A stretch of DNA of 64,000 bases from Zootoca vivipara (lineage: Eukaryota), in NCBI RefSeq assembly GCF_963506605.1, contig NC_083279.1, forward strand, positions 98,332,001 to 98,396,000, in the 5' to 3' direction. Of this stretch, positions 34,903-48,040 are shown piece by piece (position 1 is the stretch's first letter; the number at the start of each line of letters is the position of its first letter). A model generated the notes under the pieces. The model was not told the origin of the DNA. It did not search any database and worked only from the letters and a program-made list of their open reading frames with translations. The position numbers and the translations under genes were made by a program.

Positions 34903-35574
34903 GTGAGTGAGGGTGGAATGGAAGGGTGCTGTTTTGGAACTCACCTGTAGCACTGGCTTAAAAGTGGCTGGAAACTCTTGCCTAATATGCTTGTGAAGGA
35001 CAGTTTTCTGGAATTATAATGCTTTGTTTGGAACACTGCCCATCTCCCCTCATATCTTTCCTTTCCTGTTTTCACCTCTTTCTTCCTTATTGTTGTTGTT
35101 ACTATTTTAAAAAGTGGATAGAAATAAAACCGGCTCCTGCCTCCTGTGGATTTAGGTCGTGGGCTCATCCTCGGGGTTGTTGTTTGTTGTATTACTTATT
35201 TCATAAAAATCTATTCACCACTTGAATGTAAAACACATTCAAATCCATTCACAAAAAAAGGGAAAAATAAAATTGGCAATAAGAAAAATTGGCAATTTAA
35301 GATTTTTTAAATGTTAAAATTATAATAGAAGATTCAATCTTGCACCACCTTTTAAAATATCTGGGCAGGCTTGTCGATGCAAAAATGTTTTCAGGAGGCG
35401 CAGAGAACACAGCAAAGGTGCCTGGCCGATGTCAATAAGCAGGGAGTTCCAGAGAGCAGGTTTTTTGCCACACTGAGAAATCAAGTTATTAACAATAAGG
35501 AGCAGATATCACTTGGCACCTGTTCCACATATCAAAGCAGTCAAGTGGGCATATAAAGGGCACTTGTTTTCTTG

Positions 35575-35668
35575 GGTATCTGAAGTGTGCATGCACACGA
35601 AAGCTCATACCAGTGACAAACTTGTTGGTCTCTAAGGTGCTACTGGAAGGAATTTTTTTATTTTGTTC
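35575..35668 (+). mobile_element. Penelope-like remnant
   Basis: ggtatctgaagtgtgcatgcacacgaaagctcatacc..ttgttggtctctaaggtgctac. Confidence 0.6.
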
Positions 35669-36029
35669 TCTTTTGTAAGGTTTTGTTTTCCAGCAAAAAT
35701 CAAAGTTTAGTGTTGTTGTTTTTTAAAAGCCAGAGAATTCGAATGAGGAAACTGGTTTCCAAAAGTGCGGGTAAGGGGAGTTCTCTGCCAATCTTACCTG
35801 GGCAGGTAGACACAGTTGGGGAGGGAGGGAGTTAAGGAAAGATGACTGAGGTGGGGGCAGAAGCCATCTGCTGCAATTTCCTCTCCTGGTTGCAGGCAAT
35901 GTTGAACACAGCTCCAGACATGCTCAGTTCATGGCACTGAGAGCAGCGACAAAGCTGCCCTCTTCAGCCTTTACAAGCCAGGTGGGTCCTTGTGTACTGC
36001 TGCAGCTGTTTGATTCTTTGCATCTGTTC

Positions 36030-36096
36030 CTCTCTCCCTCCCTCCCTCCCTCCCTCCCTCCCTCCCTCCCTCCCTCCCTCCCTCCCTCTCTCTCTC
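36030..36096. repeat. (CCCT)n/(CT)n microsatellite
   Basis: Directly upstream of the FOLR coding-exon-1 acceptor. Confidence 0.95.
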
Positions 36097-36121
36097 TTCC
36101 GCCACCACCATCTGCAGGGAG

Positions 36122-36259
36122 ATGGCAGCGTGCCGGAGGTTACTGGGGCTGCTGGCTTTCTTGGCTGCCGGGGCTGCCGATGACTCGGTGCTGAACATGT
36201 GCATGGATGGTAAACATCACAAGACGGAGCCTGGTAAAGAGGATGCGCTGCACGGGCAG
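36122..36259 (+). CDS. Folate receptor (FOLR1/2/3 family), coding exon 1
   Basis: Acceptor ctgcag|g at 36117/36118. MAACRRLLGLLAFLAAGAADDSVLNMCMDGKHHKTEPGKEDALHGQ (signal peptide + NxCMDxKHHK motif); donor cag|gtaggg. Confidence 0.94.
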
Positions 36260-36524
36260 GTAGGGCTCTCCCCCCAATGGGATTCTGAAACTCAGTTCTA
36301 TTCCCTGAGCTGAGCTATGCCAGAGAGAGTGAAGGGAGGGCCACAGCAGCCTCTGCCAAACCTGGTGCTCTGATGATGATGTTGGACTACAACTCCCATC
36401 AGTCTCGGCCAACAGAGGTTGGGCAAGGCCATAGCTCTGAAGGAAAGTCATCTTATTAATTTTATTTTTTGCTAAGGCTATTCTAGGCTGCATCAACAGA
36501 AGTCTAGTGTCCAGCTCAAGTAAT

Positions 36525-37430
36525 AAAGGTAAAGGTACCTGTGAGGGACAGGGGATATTGCGAAGTCCCTCCCCTCCTGAGTTCCAGCCCATCCCCGAGC
36601 GCAGGGGAAACTGTAAATACGCAGCACCAATAAAGAGATAAAATGCAGAGCCGTGTGGAGTCGTTACTCTGAAGTAGCCCACCCAGGCCACTGTGACAGT
36701 ACCCCTGAATGTTAAGTTGTCGCGGACGACTCTGGGGTTGCGGTGCTCATCTCGCTCTATAGGCCGAGGGAGCCGGCATACATCTTCTGGGTCATGTGGC
36801 CAGCATGTCTAAGCCGCTTCTGGCGAACCAGAGCAGTGCATGGAAATTCTGTTTACCTAAACATACCCAGCTCCTTATGAGGAACGGCTTAAGGAGCTGG
36901 GTATGTTTAGCCTGGAGAAGAGAAGGTTGAGGGGTGATATGATAGCCATGTTCAAATATATCAAAGGATGTCATATAGAGGAGGGAGAAAGGCTGTTTTC
37001 TGCTGCTCCAGAGAAGCACACACGGAGCAATGGATTCAAACTACAAGAAAGAAGATTCCACCAAAACATTAGGAAGAACTTCCTGACAATAAGAGCTGTT
37101 CGGCAGTGGAATTTGCTACCAAGGAGTGTGGTGGAGTCTCCTTCTTTGGAGGTCTTTAAGCAGAGGCTTGACAGCCATCTGTCAGGAATGCTTTGATGGA
37201 GTTTCCTGCTCAGCAGGAGGTTGGACTGAATGGCCCTTGTGGTCTCTTCCAACTCTATGATTCCTGCTGGAGCGGTACCTATTTAACTACTTGCACTTTT
37301 GAACTGCTAGGTTGCCAGGAGCTGGGACCGAGCAACGAGAGCTCACCCCGTCACGGGGATTCGAACCGCCAACCTTCTGATCAGCAAGCCCTGGGCTCTG
37401 TGGTTTAGACCACAGCGCCACCCGCGTCCC
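36525..37430 (-). mobile_element. Sauria SINE containing a 159-bp mini-LTR (36540-36698) and a CR1 fragment (36857-37262)
   Basis: SINE consensus resumes after each insert. The mini-LTR has TG..CA ends, AATAAA and 5-bp TSD gtacc. Confidence 0.8.
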
Positions 37431-38000
37431 AAGTAATAGTAAATAGGGAAGTAATAGTCCGTTTATTCCATCTTGGTCAGGCCCCACCAGTGTCCAGTTT
37501 TGGGCACCCTGGTTTAAGAAAGATGTTGACATCAATCTGAAAGGGGTCAGAGGAGAATAACCAAGAGGTTCCCCGGGCCACAAGCCTGGGTAGCGTGTAT
37601 GGAGTTCCTGGACAAGTCTCATTGATGTGGTTCGAAGGAAAGCAGAGCAAGACGTTTGACACCAGTTGGCTGTAGGAGTTGCCGGAAGGAGGCAGACAAA
37701 GTGCCACCCGACCACCTTAGGGACTCCGCTCCAGATTTGTGCAGGGTTTACTCCTTGGGTCTGGAATCCAAGCCTTAAGAGCTGGGGTGTACCTTCCAAC
37801 CCTATAGTTCTACCGGTGTAGGATTTGATGACAAGCTAAATGAGAATAAATTTGCCACTGGCTAGGAAGCAGGGCTTGGGTTGTGAGTGAGGGAAGGCAG
37901 CGTGGAGCATCCTAGTCTTGTGACATGGGAGGGAGGGCGATGTGCTAGATGAGTTGGCCTTGACTCCCATATCCCTCTCTCTTTCCCTCTCCTCCCATAG

Positions 38001-38384
<384 letters not shown>

Positions 38385-38876
38385 ATATATATGACTTTTG
38401 ACATGATTGAGAATCGCACAGCCAGGGCCGGAGAACTTTAAAGTGGTAAAATTGGAATGTGGAAAATAGGAGCACAACAGAAGGCAGGGACGAAATAGGG
38501 AAGATATTCTTCAAGAGGTCCAGACTATGGGAAGCCCAGAAAAAAAATCAATAATTAATGATTTGGATTACAATTTGGTTTTTTTAAATTTTAGTTTATT
38601 GTTTTTAATTGGATTATGATTTCATGTTAATTGGCTGTTTTTATTGGAAAATTAATAAAAATGATTAAAACAAACAAACAAGGTGGGCTTAGGGGAGCCT
38701 CAGCCTTTCACCTGTGTACATCTACCCCCCCACGCTCCCCTAAAAGAGAACCAGACCGAAATTGCTGGACTTTGGGTGCCCCATGTTCTTTCGTGTCTAG
38801 AGAAAGGAATTGCAGTAGTGGTTCTCGGACCTGTCCGGGCCACCCCACCTTGGTTCCACAAACTCATCCCCCTACT

Positions 38877-39237
38877 CTGGAGAAGAGAAGGTTAAGGGGT
38901 GATATGATAGCCATGTTCAAATATATAAAAGGATGTCATATAGAAGAGGGGAAAAGGTTGTTTTCTGCTGCTCCAGAGAAGTGGGCACGGAGCAATGGAT
39001 TCAAACTACAAGAAAGAAGATTCCATCTAAACATTAGGAAGAACTTCCTGACAGTAAGAGCTGTTCGGCAGTGGAATTTGCTACCAAGGAGTGTGGTGGA
39101 GTCTCCTTCTTTGGAGGTCTTTAAGCAGAGGCTTGACAGCCATATGTCAAGAATGCTTTGATGGTGTTTCCTGCTTGGCAGGGGGTTGGACTGGATGGCC
39201 CTTGTGGTCTCTTCCAACTCTATGATTCTAGGATTCT
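38877..39237 (+). mobile_element. Young CR1 3' fragment
   Basis: [19 protein letters not shown]...; (ATTCTATG)-type tail. Confidence 0.9.
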
Positions 39238-39778
39238 ACTCTATAGAATGCGTTATTCAGAATAATGGTTTGCATGACCCACTAGGGAAGGCAGTAACAT
39301 GAAAAAATGCAAAACCGTAAGAATTAATAGTGCATTTATTCAAAATCCAGTTAAAATTATTTAGTTAATTCAATTTGTTTTAAATATAACTTTTATTCTC
39401 CAAAGCTATTTCAAAGCATTGACCATCAGTTTTTCTTTAACATACGTAGTTTCTTCCTGACTTTCTACCCTTCCTTTCCATTAGTTGTCTTATAACACGT
39501 TTCTATTGTCTAAACCCCAATATCATTGGTTCTTTCAATGATCCACTGCTTATACTTCAGATCCTGCCTTTGACTTCATATATGGGTGATAGTTTGATAC
39601 TTAATCCATCAATGGTCCCCATACCTCCTTAAACAGTTCGTCCTTATGAAAGCTGGAGGCAGAGACCTGCATGCTCCGTGCTGGATCCAAAGCTGTGGTG
39701 AATGGAGAAGCAAGACATGTTGAGGTCTTAGTGCTGTGAGCCCCTCCCACCTCGTGCCCAGGTTGTATACCTGTGTAA

Positions 39779-40174
<396 letters not shown>

Positions 40175-40232
40175 TGAGCAATAGCTTCCTGGTGCTTCTG
40201 CCTCCTATGGGAGATTGAAGGAAGGGAGATAC

Positions 40233-40628
40233 AGCACCCTAGGCTAAATCACCTTCTGACGCCTCTCCCCGGCACATGCGTCATGACGTGTGCGTCGTGC
40301 GTCATGACGCACGCATCATGACGCGTGCACAACGCCGCTGACGCCGCTGCGTCCCCTCCATAGGCGGGAGGGCGCTGAGCTCTCATTTTGGCTCGCGCGC
40401 CTCCCGCCTATGGAGGGGACGCTGTGAGCTCTTCAGCGGCCGCGGCAGCGAACGTCGGCGTCGGCAGCAACAGCGCCCATAGCTGAAGGCTTCAGCTACT
40501 GGCGCTGCCACCGCTCGCTCGTTGCTCCCGGTGCTGTCGGGAGCGCGGCGGGCCGGCTCGACAGCGCCCCCTCCATTTCGGCGCCCTAGGCCATGGCCTA
40601 GTTTGCCTAAATGGAGGTGCCGGCCCTG
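40233..40628. mobile_element. CpG-rich hAT-like element remnant in FOLR intron 3
   Basis: Right end ggcgccctagg..gcctagtttgccta..gccggccctg (CAGGGCCGG-type TIR); left end missing. Confidence 0.55.
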
Positions 40629-41471
40629 GGGAGAGAGTGACATAGTGGCCAAAATAGAGCCGGTTTGCACATAATACCACGGCCCTAGTTTATTTTAAAC
40701 CCAAGGGTGTAGAATTAGAGCAGGTCAGAGGCACAGTTCCTTATCTCCTCCACCCAATCGCAGGGCCAAGTCTGAGAGGTGAGTGGGGCATTGCGTGGCT
40801 CATCCATACGACGAAGCTGAATGCTGGAAGATTCAGGACACATAAAAGGACGGACCTCTTTACACTGTGCATAGTTAAACTGTGGAACTCTCCGCCACAG
40901 GAGGAGGCAGCGGTGGCCTCCAGCTTGGATGGCTTTAAAAGAGAATCGGACAAATTCACGGAGGAGGAGGAGGAGAGGGCTATTGATGGCTCCTAGGCAG
41001 CAGGATGGTTGGGCTCTGCCTCCACAGAGGCTGCAATGCTTCTGAAGCCTGGTTGCTGGGAAGCCCCGGGAGGGCAGCGTAGTTCTTGTGCTTGAATCCT
41101 GCTTGTGGGTTTCGCTTTGGGGCATCCTGTTGGCCACTGTGAGAACAGGATGCTGGCCTAGAGGGGGCCCCCTTTGGCCTGATCCAGCAAGCCCTTGTTA
41201 ATGTTCTTACAGACTTGACAGTCCAGGTGAGTGTGTTTTTGTCTGGCTGTGCACTAAGGGCAACTCTGTTCTAAAAATGAATCATTCAAATCATTTGGCC
41301 CAATTCAAAATTGTGGGTGGTATCCAGACAGGCAATGAATGAATGAATGAATAAGAAGTGTCAATTCAGGGGAAGGGTTTATTCTTAAGGTGGCCATCCT
41401 GGCTGCTAGGGATGCCAACTTGAGGTCTGGTGACTCTCCTCCTTCCTCTGGGACGGGTACCAGCTACCTGA

Positions 41472-41798
<327 letters not shown>

Positions 41799-42193
41799 AC
41801 TTTGCAAGGAACTTCTCTGATCCTGGAGAGTTTTGACCCTGCAAAATAGCACTGGGATTTTCCTACTTCCTCTATCGTGGTGGGAATGCTCTTGTTCCGG
41901 GTTCCCAGTAAATAACACTCCAGCTCGCCTGTAAGAAGAGTTTATCTTCCGGGACTTCCTCCGAGCATTGTTTCAGCTTCTGTTCATTCTATCACCTTGG
42001 CAAACTTGGTCTACTTACGGGGACATCAAAGGAAGATGCCAATGGCCTCTAGTAATAGGGGCGTTTGCTGGGAACATACAACTGGAAGAAGGAATAAAAG
42101 CTTGGTTCTTCACTTCGATTTGCTGTTGTGTCCTTTGCTTTCATAAATACAAGGAAGAGGATCGATGCCTGATTATCAATGCCCTAATGGTCA

Positions 42194-42548
42194 AGGGACG
42201 CAGGTGGCGCTGTGGGTTAAACCACAGAGTCTAGGGCTTGCTGATCAGAAGGTCGGCGGTTCGAATCCCTGCGACGGGGTGAGCTCCCGTTGCTTGGTCC
42301 CAGCTCCTGCCAACCTAGCAATTCGAAAGCACGTCAAAATGCAAGTAGATAAATAGGAACCACTACAGCGGGAAGGTAAACGGCATTTCCGTGTGCTGCT
42401 CTGGTTCGCCAGAAGCGGCTTTGTCATGCTGGCCACATGACCTGGAAGCTGTACACCGGCTCCCTCGGCCAATAATGCGAGATGAGCGCGCAACCCCAGA
42501 GTCGTTCACGACTGGACCTAATGGTCAGGGGTCCCTTTACCTTTACCT
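42194..42548 (+). mobile_element. Sauria/Squam1 SINE
   Basis: Full consensus. Confidence 0.85.
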
Positions 42549-42625
42549 AACCCTAAATACTTGCTTCCCACTATATGAAGAAGGGGAGTGGGTGGCGGAG
42601 AAGTTTATTATCACTTATTAATATT

Positions 42626-44097
42626 GTTGTTGTTTAGTCGTGTCCGACTCTTCGTGACCCCATGGACCAGAGCACGCCAGGCACTCCTGTCTTGCACTGC
42701 CTCCCACAGTTTGGTCAAACTCATGTTCGTAGCTTCGAGAACACTGTCCAACCATCTCGTCCTCTGTCGCCCCCTTCTCCTAGTGCCCTCAATCTTTCCC
42801 AACATCAGGGTCTTTTCCAAGGATTCTTCTCTTCTCATGAGGTGGCCAAAGTATTGGAGCCTCAGCTTCACGATCTGTCCTTCCAGTGAGCACTCAGGGC
42901 TGATTTCCTTAAGAATGGATAGGTTTGATCTTCTAGCAGTCCATGGGACTCTCAAGAGTCTCCTCCAGCACCATAATTCAAAAGCATCAATTCTTCGGCG
43001 ATCAGCTTTCATTATGGTCCAGCTCTCACTTCCATACATCACTACTGGGAAAACCATAGCTTTAACTATACGGACCTTTGTCGGCAAGGTGATGTCTCTG
43101 CTTTTTAAGATGCTGTCTAGGTTTGTCATTGCTTTTCTCCCAAGAAGCAGGCGTCTTTTAATTTCGTGACTGCTGTCACCATCTGCAGTGATCAAGGAGC
43201 CCAAGAAAGTAAAATCTCTCACTGCCTCCATTTCTTCCCCTTCTATTTGCCAGGAGGTGATGGGACCAGTGGCCATGATCTTGGTTTTTTTGATGTTGAG
43301 CTTCAGACCATATTTTGCGCTCTCCTCTTTCACCCTCTTTAAAAGGTTCTTTAATTCCTCCTCGCTTTCTGCCATCAAGGTTGTGTCATCTGCATATCTG
43401 AGGTTGTTGATATTTCTTCCGGCAATCTTAATTCCGGCTTGGGATTCATCTAGTCCAGCCTTTCGCATGATGAATTCTGCATATAAGTTAAATAAGCAGG
43501 GAGACAATATACAACCTTGTCGTACTCCTTTCCCAATTTTGAACCAATCAGTTGTTCCATATCCAGTTCTAACTGTAGCTTCTTGTCCCACATAGAGATT
43601 TCTCAGGAGACAGATGAGGTGATCAGGCACTCCCATTTCTTTAAGAACTTGCCATAGTTTGCTGTGGTCTACACAGTCAAAGGCTTTTGCATAGTCAATG
43701 AAGCAGAAGTAGATGTTTTTCTGGAACTCTCTAGCTTTCTCCATAATCCAGCGCATGTTTGCTATTTGGTCTCTGGTTCCTCTGCCCTTTCGAAATCCAG
43801 CTTGCACTTCTGGGAGTTCTCGGTCCACATACTGCCTCAGCCTGCCTTGTAGAATTTTAAGCATAACCTTGCTAGCGTGTGAAATGAGCGCAATTGTGCG
43901 GTAGTTGGAGCATTCTTTGGCACTGCCCTTCTTTGGAATTGGGATGTAGACTGATCTTCTCCAATCCTCTGGCCATTGCTGAGTTTTCCAAACTTGCTGG
44001 CATATTGGGTGTAGCACCTTAACAGCATCATCTTTTAAAATTTTAAATAGTTCAGCTGGAATATCATCACTTCCACTGGCCTTGTTATTAGCAGTGC
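42626..44097 (-). mobile_element. Bov-B (RTE clade) LINE, 5'-truncated, open RT frame
   Basis: About 490 uninterrupted codons including QAGFRKGRGTRDQI, FIDYAKAFD, GVRQGCILSP and LRYADD; (CAA)n tail; TSD taatatt. Confidence 0.95.
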
Positions 44098-44449
44098 TAA
44101 TATTTCTATTGTTATTTCTAAGGCCCATTTATTAATATTATCCTGCCTTTTTCCTGAGCTAAGACTCAAGGCTTACTCAAATCAAAACGCAGGTAAAATG
44201 CAAAAAGCTAAAATCTTACAGATGATAATACAGAGTAATTAAACTCTAGTAGATTTAAATCAAGGTAGCAATAGATAGTAAAAACAGCACAGTGCTATTT
44301 AAATGCCCTTTTCTTAAAAGCCAGTCCCCCAAAGCCAGTTGGATTAAAAGTCTTCACCTGCCCATGAAAAGACAAGGAAGGAGCCAATTTAGCTTCTCCA
44401 GGGAGGGACTTCCAAAGCTGTCTGGGAGCAGCCACCACTGACAAGGCCC

Positions 44450-45014
44450 TGTTATAAAAAAAATTCTGGGGGACCCCCTAAACCCTATAAATTAATAAAT
44501 GGTAGGATTTTGATGATTTGGGATGTGAAGGGAGAAATACAAGCTGCAGAGGAATTCCTGGGCTAGCCTATGCAAAAGGACCTGGCCAAGGTAGGACCAT
44601 TCAGGAACCAGAGAGGGCCATTGAGAGCCATCGGCAATGGGAGAGAAGAACTGTCCTCCCCCCTTGCCCTGAGGTATGAACAGAGACGGGTGTGGGTGTG
44701 TGTTTGGAAGGTTGACAGGGAAACTGGGTGTTTGAGGTGACAGGAAAATGGGGGCCTGGTAGCAAGGGGTTCTAGGAAGAAGGGCTGGGAGCCATCTTTG
44801 GGCAGACTGGCTGGGAGAGGTGCCTTGGACTCTAGGGCTTCACTGCTGTGGGGGGGGGGGACACAAGCCCCTCTTGAAAGGACCGTGCTGTAAGATCAGG
44901 ACTCCCTCCATGCAGACAGAAGGTGTAAACAGGTGAATAAACAATATTTCTTAATGCTGTTTCAGTCTCTGCTGTGTCTCGGTTCTCTCTGAAGGAACAC
45001 AAACTTTTGCAACA
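44450..45014 (+). mobile_element. Probable solo LTR
   Basis: tgtta...caaca termini, AATAAA at ~44936, near-TSD gccc/gcac. Confidence 0.55.
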
Positions 45015-45660
45015 GCACTCTCCTGCATTTCCCCCAAGCCTGCCTGTGAAGGTGAGATTAGTTCTTCCCCTGAAGATCTCTGAGCCTGGGCCAACTCGTA
45101 GGAGAAGACAGTCTTTCAATTAGCCTGGGTCCAAGCCATGCAGGGCTCTCTACAAGATGGGACCTTCCAGCTGCAGAACTGACGCACCCTTTCCCCTAAC
45201 GGGAATCTTCCTGCTCAGCGTTCCAGACAGGGAAGGAGCCAGGGGCGTACCCAGGATCAAAACTAGGGGGCGGGGCAAGAGAGGGGAAGAGAGAGGGAAG
45301 GAGGGAAAAAGAGAAGGAAGGAAGGGGTGGGTGGGGGGGAGAGAGAAGGAAGGAAGGAAGGAAGGGGTGAGAGAGAGAAGGGAGGGAAGGAGAGAGAGAG
45401 AAAGGAAGCAAGAAGGGGGGGGAAGGAAGGATGGAAGGAGCTCCCGTCTGCCCCTCCCCCCTCCCACGTTCCTGTCGCTGGCTGCAGCTGCGGAGGAGGT
45501 GGAAACAGCCCGATTTCCATAACCCGCAGCGACTTTTCCCCTTCAGTTTTCGGAGGGAAAATGTGTGGGTTATGGTCTGTAAAATACAGTAATTTTTTTT
45601 TTTTGCTTCTGTGGGGGGCAGCTGCCCCCCTGCCCCTTGCTGGGTACGCCCATGGAAGGA

Positions 45661-45800
45661 GCCACAGCTCAGTGGCAGAGCATGTGCTTTGCATACAGAA
45701 GACCCCAGCCTTTAATCCCCAGTGGCATCTCTAGGGAGGGCTGGGAGAGACTCGAGGCTGAAGCCCTACAGAGATGCTGTGAGCCAGGCTGAGCTAGGTA
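45661..45800 (+). mobile_element. tRNA-Ala-headed SINE
   Basis: agctcagtggcagagcatgtgctttgcat resembles tRNA-Ala-TGC. Copies at ~46550-46628 (-) and ~55728-55810 (+). Confidence 0.6.
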
Positions 45801-46074
45801 GACCCAAAGGTCTGACGGAGGAACTCCCTTTGACTTTCTCCAGGATATGTTAAGCTTCAAGGAGCCCAAGCAGACAAACGCTACTTCCTCATTCTCCCCC
45901 ACTCCCTGATAGCCGATGATCTGTTGCTTCTGGGGGGGTCTCCTGAGCATGCTCAGCCTTTGCTGGGCCGCCCAGGGCCAGGGGGACATCGAGTTGCCCT
46001 GAGCAAGCATGAGACCTTCCTCTGTATGCAAAGCCTCTCTATATGCAAAGCACTTGCTGCCTGACTTTGCTATT

Positions 46075-46088
46075 GAGAGGGAGGGAGG

Positions 46089-46164
<76 letters not shown>

Positions 46165-46165
46165 A
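46075..46165. repeat. (GGGA)n(GAAA)n compound microsatellite
   Basis: Direct reading. Confidence 0.95.
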
Positions 46166-46649
46166 GACCTTTGGCCAATTCATCTAGCTGAGAATTGTCA
46201 ACACTGACTTCAAATATCTGTTGCTTCTGCCACATGCAAGATGGAGCAAGCTTGTTTTCTGCTGCTCCAGTTGACCTGAACCAAGGGATTCAAATGACAA
46301 GAAAGGAGGGTCCGCCTAAACATTAGGAAGAACTTTCTGACAGTAAGAGACATTCAGCAGTGGAATGGGCTCCCTCGGAAGGTGATGGACGCCTTCCGGG
46401 GAGGTTTTGAAGCAGAGGTTGGGTGGCCATCTGTCAGGGATGCTTCAGCTGAGATCCCTCCATTGCAGTGGGTTGAGCTAGATGACCCACGGGGTCCCTC
46501 TACAATTCTATGGTGGTCAGCACCTCTCTGGGGGCTTCAGGCAGGAAGTCTATCCCTGTCTTGGCTGGAGATGCTACTGGGGATTGAACCCTGGTCCTTC
46601 TGCATTCCAAGCAGATGCTCTGCCACTTCCCCAAGTTACCCCTGTAAAA

Positions 46650-47071
46650 AGGAAAGATTTGATTTATGGGGACTGCGTCTGGCTGTGAGAAAGATCTTTG
46701 GATTTTTGGACGGACTTGGCAAGATACCAGCGTGCGAAGAGAGAGTGTTAATATATAGAGAAATCATAGGCATAATTTCACACAGAAACATACTTGGTTT
46801 GGTCAAACTCGCTTGCTCGAAAAAACTCAGGGGCTTGAAAGAAGACAGAAGGATTTTAATAGACTATTAGATAAGATCTGGACTTGATTAGAAAGCACAG
46901 AAAGCACAGAATATAAGAGAGCTGATCTTCCTGAGGTATGGGAAGTCAAATTTAAATTTGTATAATTCGGCAGAAGATTTGGATTAATTGTTTAATTGAT
47001 ATTTGTATAATTTGAAAATGGATTAGATGTTGAAATTGGAAAATTTAATAAAAATGTTTATTATTTTTTTT
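46650..47071 (+). mobile_element. L1-like 3' fragment
   Basis: Flanked by aagttaccc(c/t)tgtaaaa duplication; AATAAA near its end. Confidence 0.65.
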
Positions 47072-47088
47072 AAGTTACCCTTGTAAAA

Positions 47089-47447
47089 GGGACCCAGGTG
47101 GCGCTGTGGGTTAAATCACAGAGTCTAGGGCTTGCTGATCAGAAGGTCGGCGGTTCGAATCCCTGCAACGGGGTGAGCTCCCGTTGTTCGGTCCCAGCTC
47201 CTGCCCACCTAACAGTTCTAAAGCACATAAAAGTGCAAGTAAATAAATAGGGACTGATCCGGCGGGAAGGTAAACGGCGTTTCCATGCGCTGCTCTCGTT
47301 CACCAGAAGTGGCTTAGTCATGCTGGCCACATGACCCGGAAGCTGTCTGCGGACAAACGCCGGCTCCCTCTGCCTATAGAGCGAGATGAGCGCCGCAACC
47401 CCAGAGTCGGACACGACTGGACCTGATGGTCAGGGGCCCCTTTACCT
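47089..47447 (+). mobile_element. Sauria/Squam1 SINE
   Basis: Full consensus; TSD ttaccc(t/c)tgtaaaa. Confidence 0.85.
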
Positions 47448-48040
47448 TTACCCCTGTAAAATGAGAGGATCGGCTACAGCCCTTCTGTTCCAGGCTTCTT
47501 GCTTTTATCTCAAATTCTCCCTGGAAGGCCAACAGAGGGTGCCAGATCATCACTCTCTCTCTCTCCAGGCCTGGCTGCAAAACAAAACAGGAGAGTATTA
47601 ATTGAACTGTGGGCGGGTGTACATTCTTGTGGGCTGTGCGCATACTTTTTGGAGCTGGAGGAGTGGGGTGTTCCGCATGCGTGCTGGCAGAGTCCTGCAC
47701 CCACACAGCCCCGGTGCAGGGCAGTGCCCTGGAGGGGAGGCCCCCTGGGCAGAGAGGGGTTGTCTCCCACCACCCTGTAGCAACGGAGGGGGGGGCACCT
47801 GCACATGAGGAGAGAATTCAGCCCCTTCAGCTCACAAGTGTGGGGCAGAGTATGCAAGGTATCGAGGAGGAGCTGTAGTGGAACATCGTTATAGCTATTT
47901 GGCCATTATCATCTCCCTCATAACACTAAAACTTGAAGACATTCAATGAAACTGAATACTGCAAGATCTTGGGTAGAGAAATTCCTTCCATTAAACTATG
48001 GAACTCCCTCCCACAGGAGGCAGTGACGGCCACCAACCTA

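Noticed and set aside
42588-43595. Plus-strand ORFs of 193 and 135 aa
   Set aside because: Antisense frames of the Bov-B RT.
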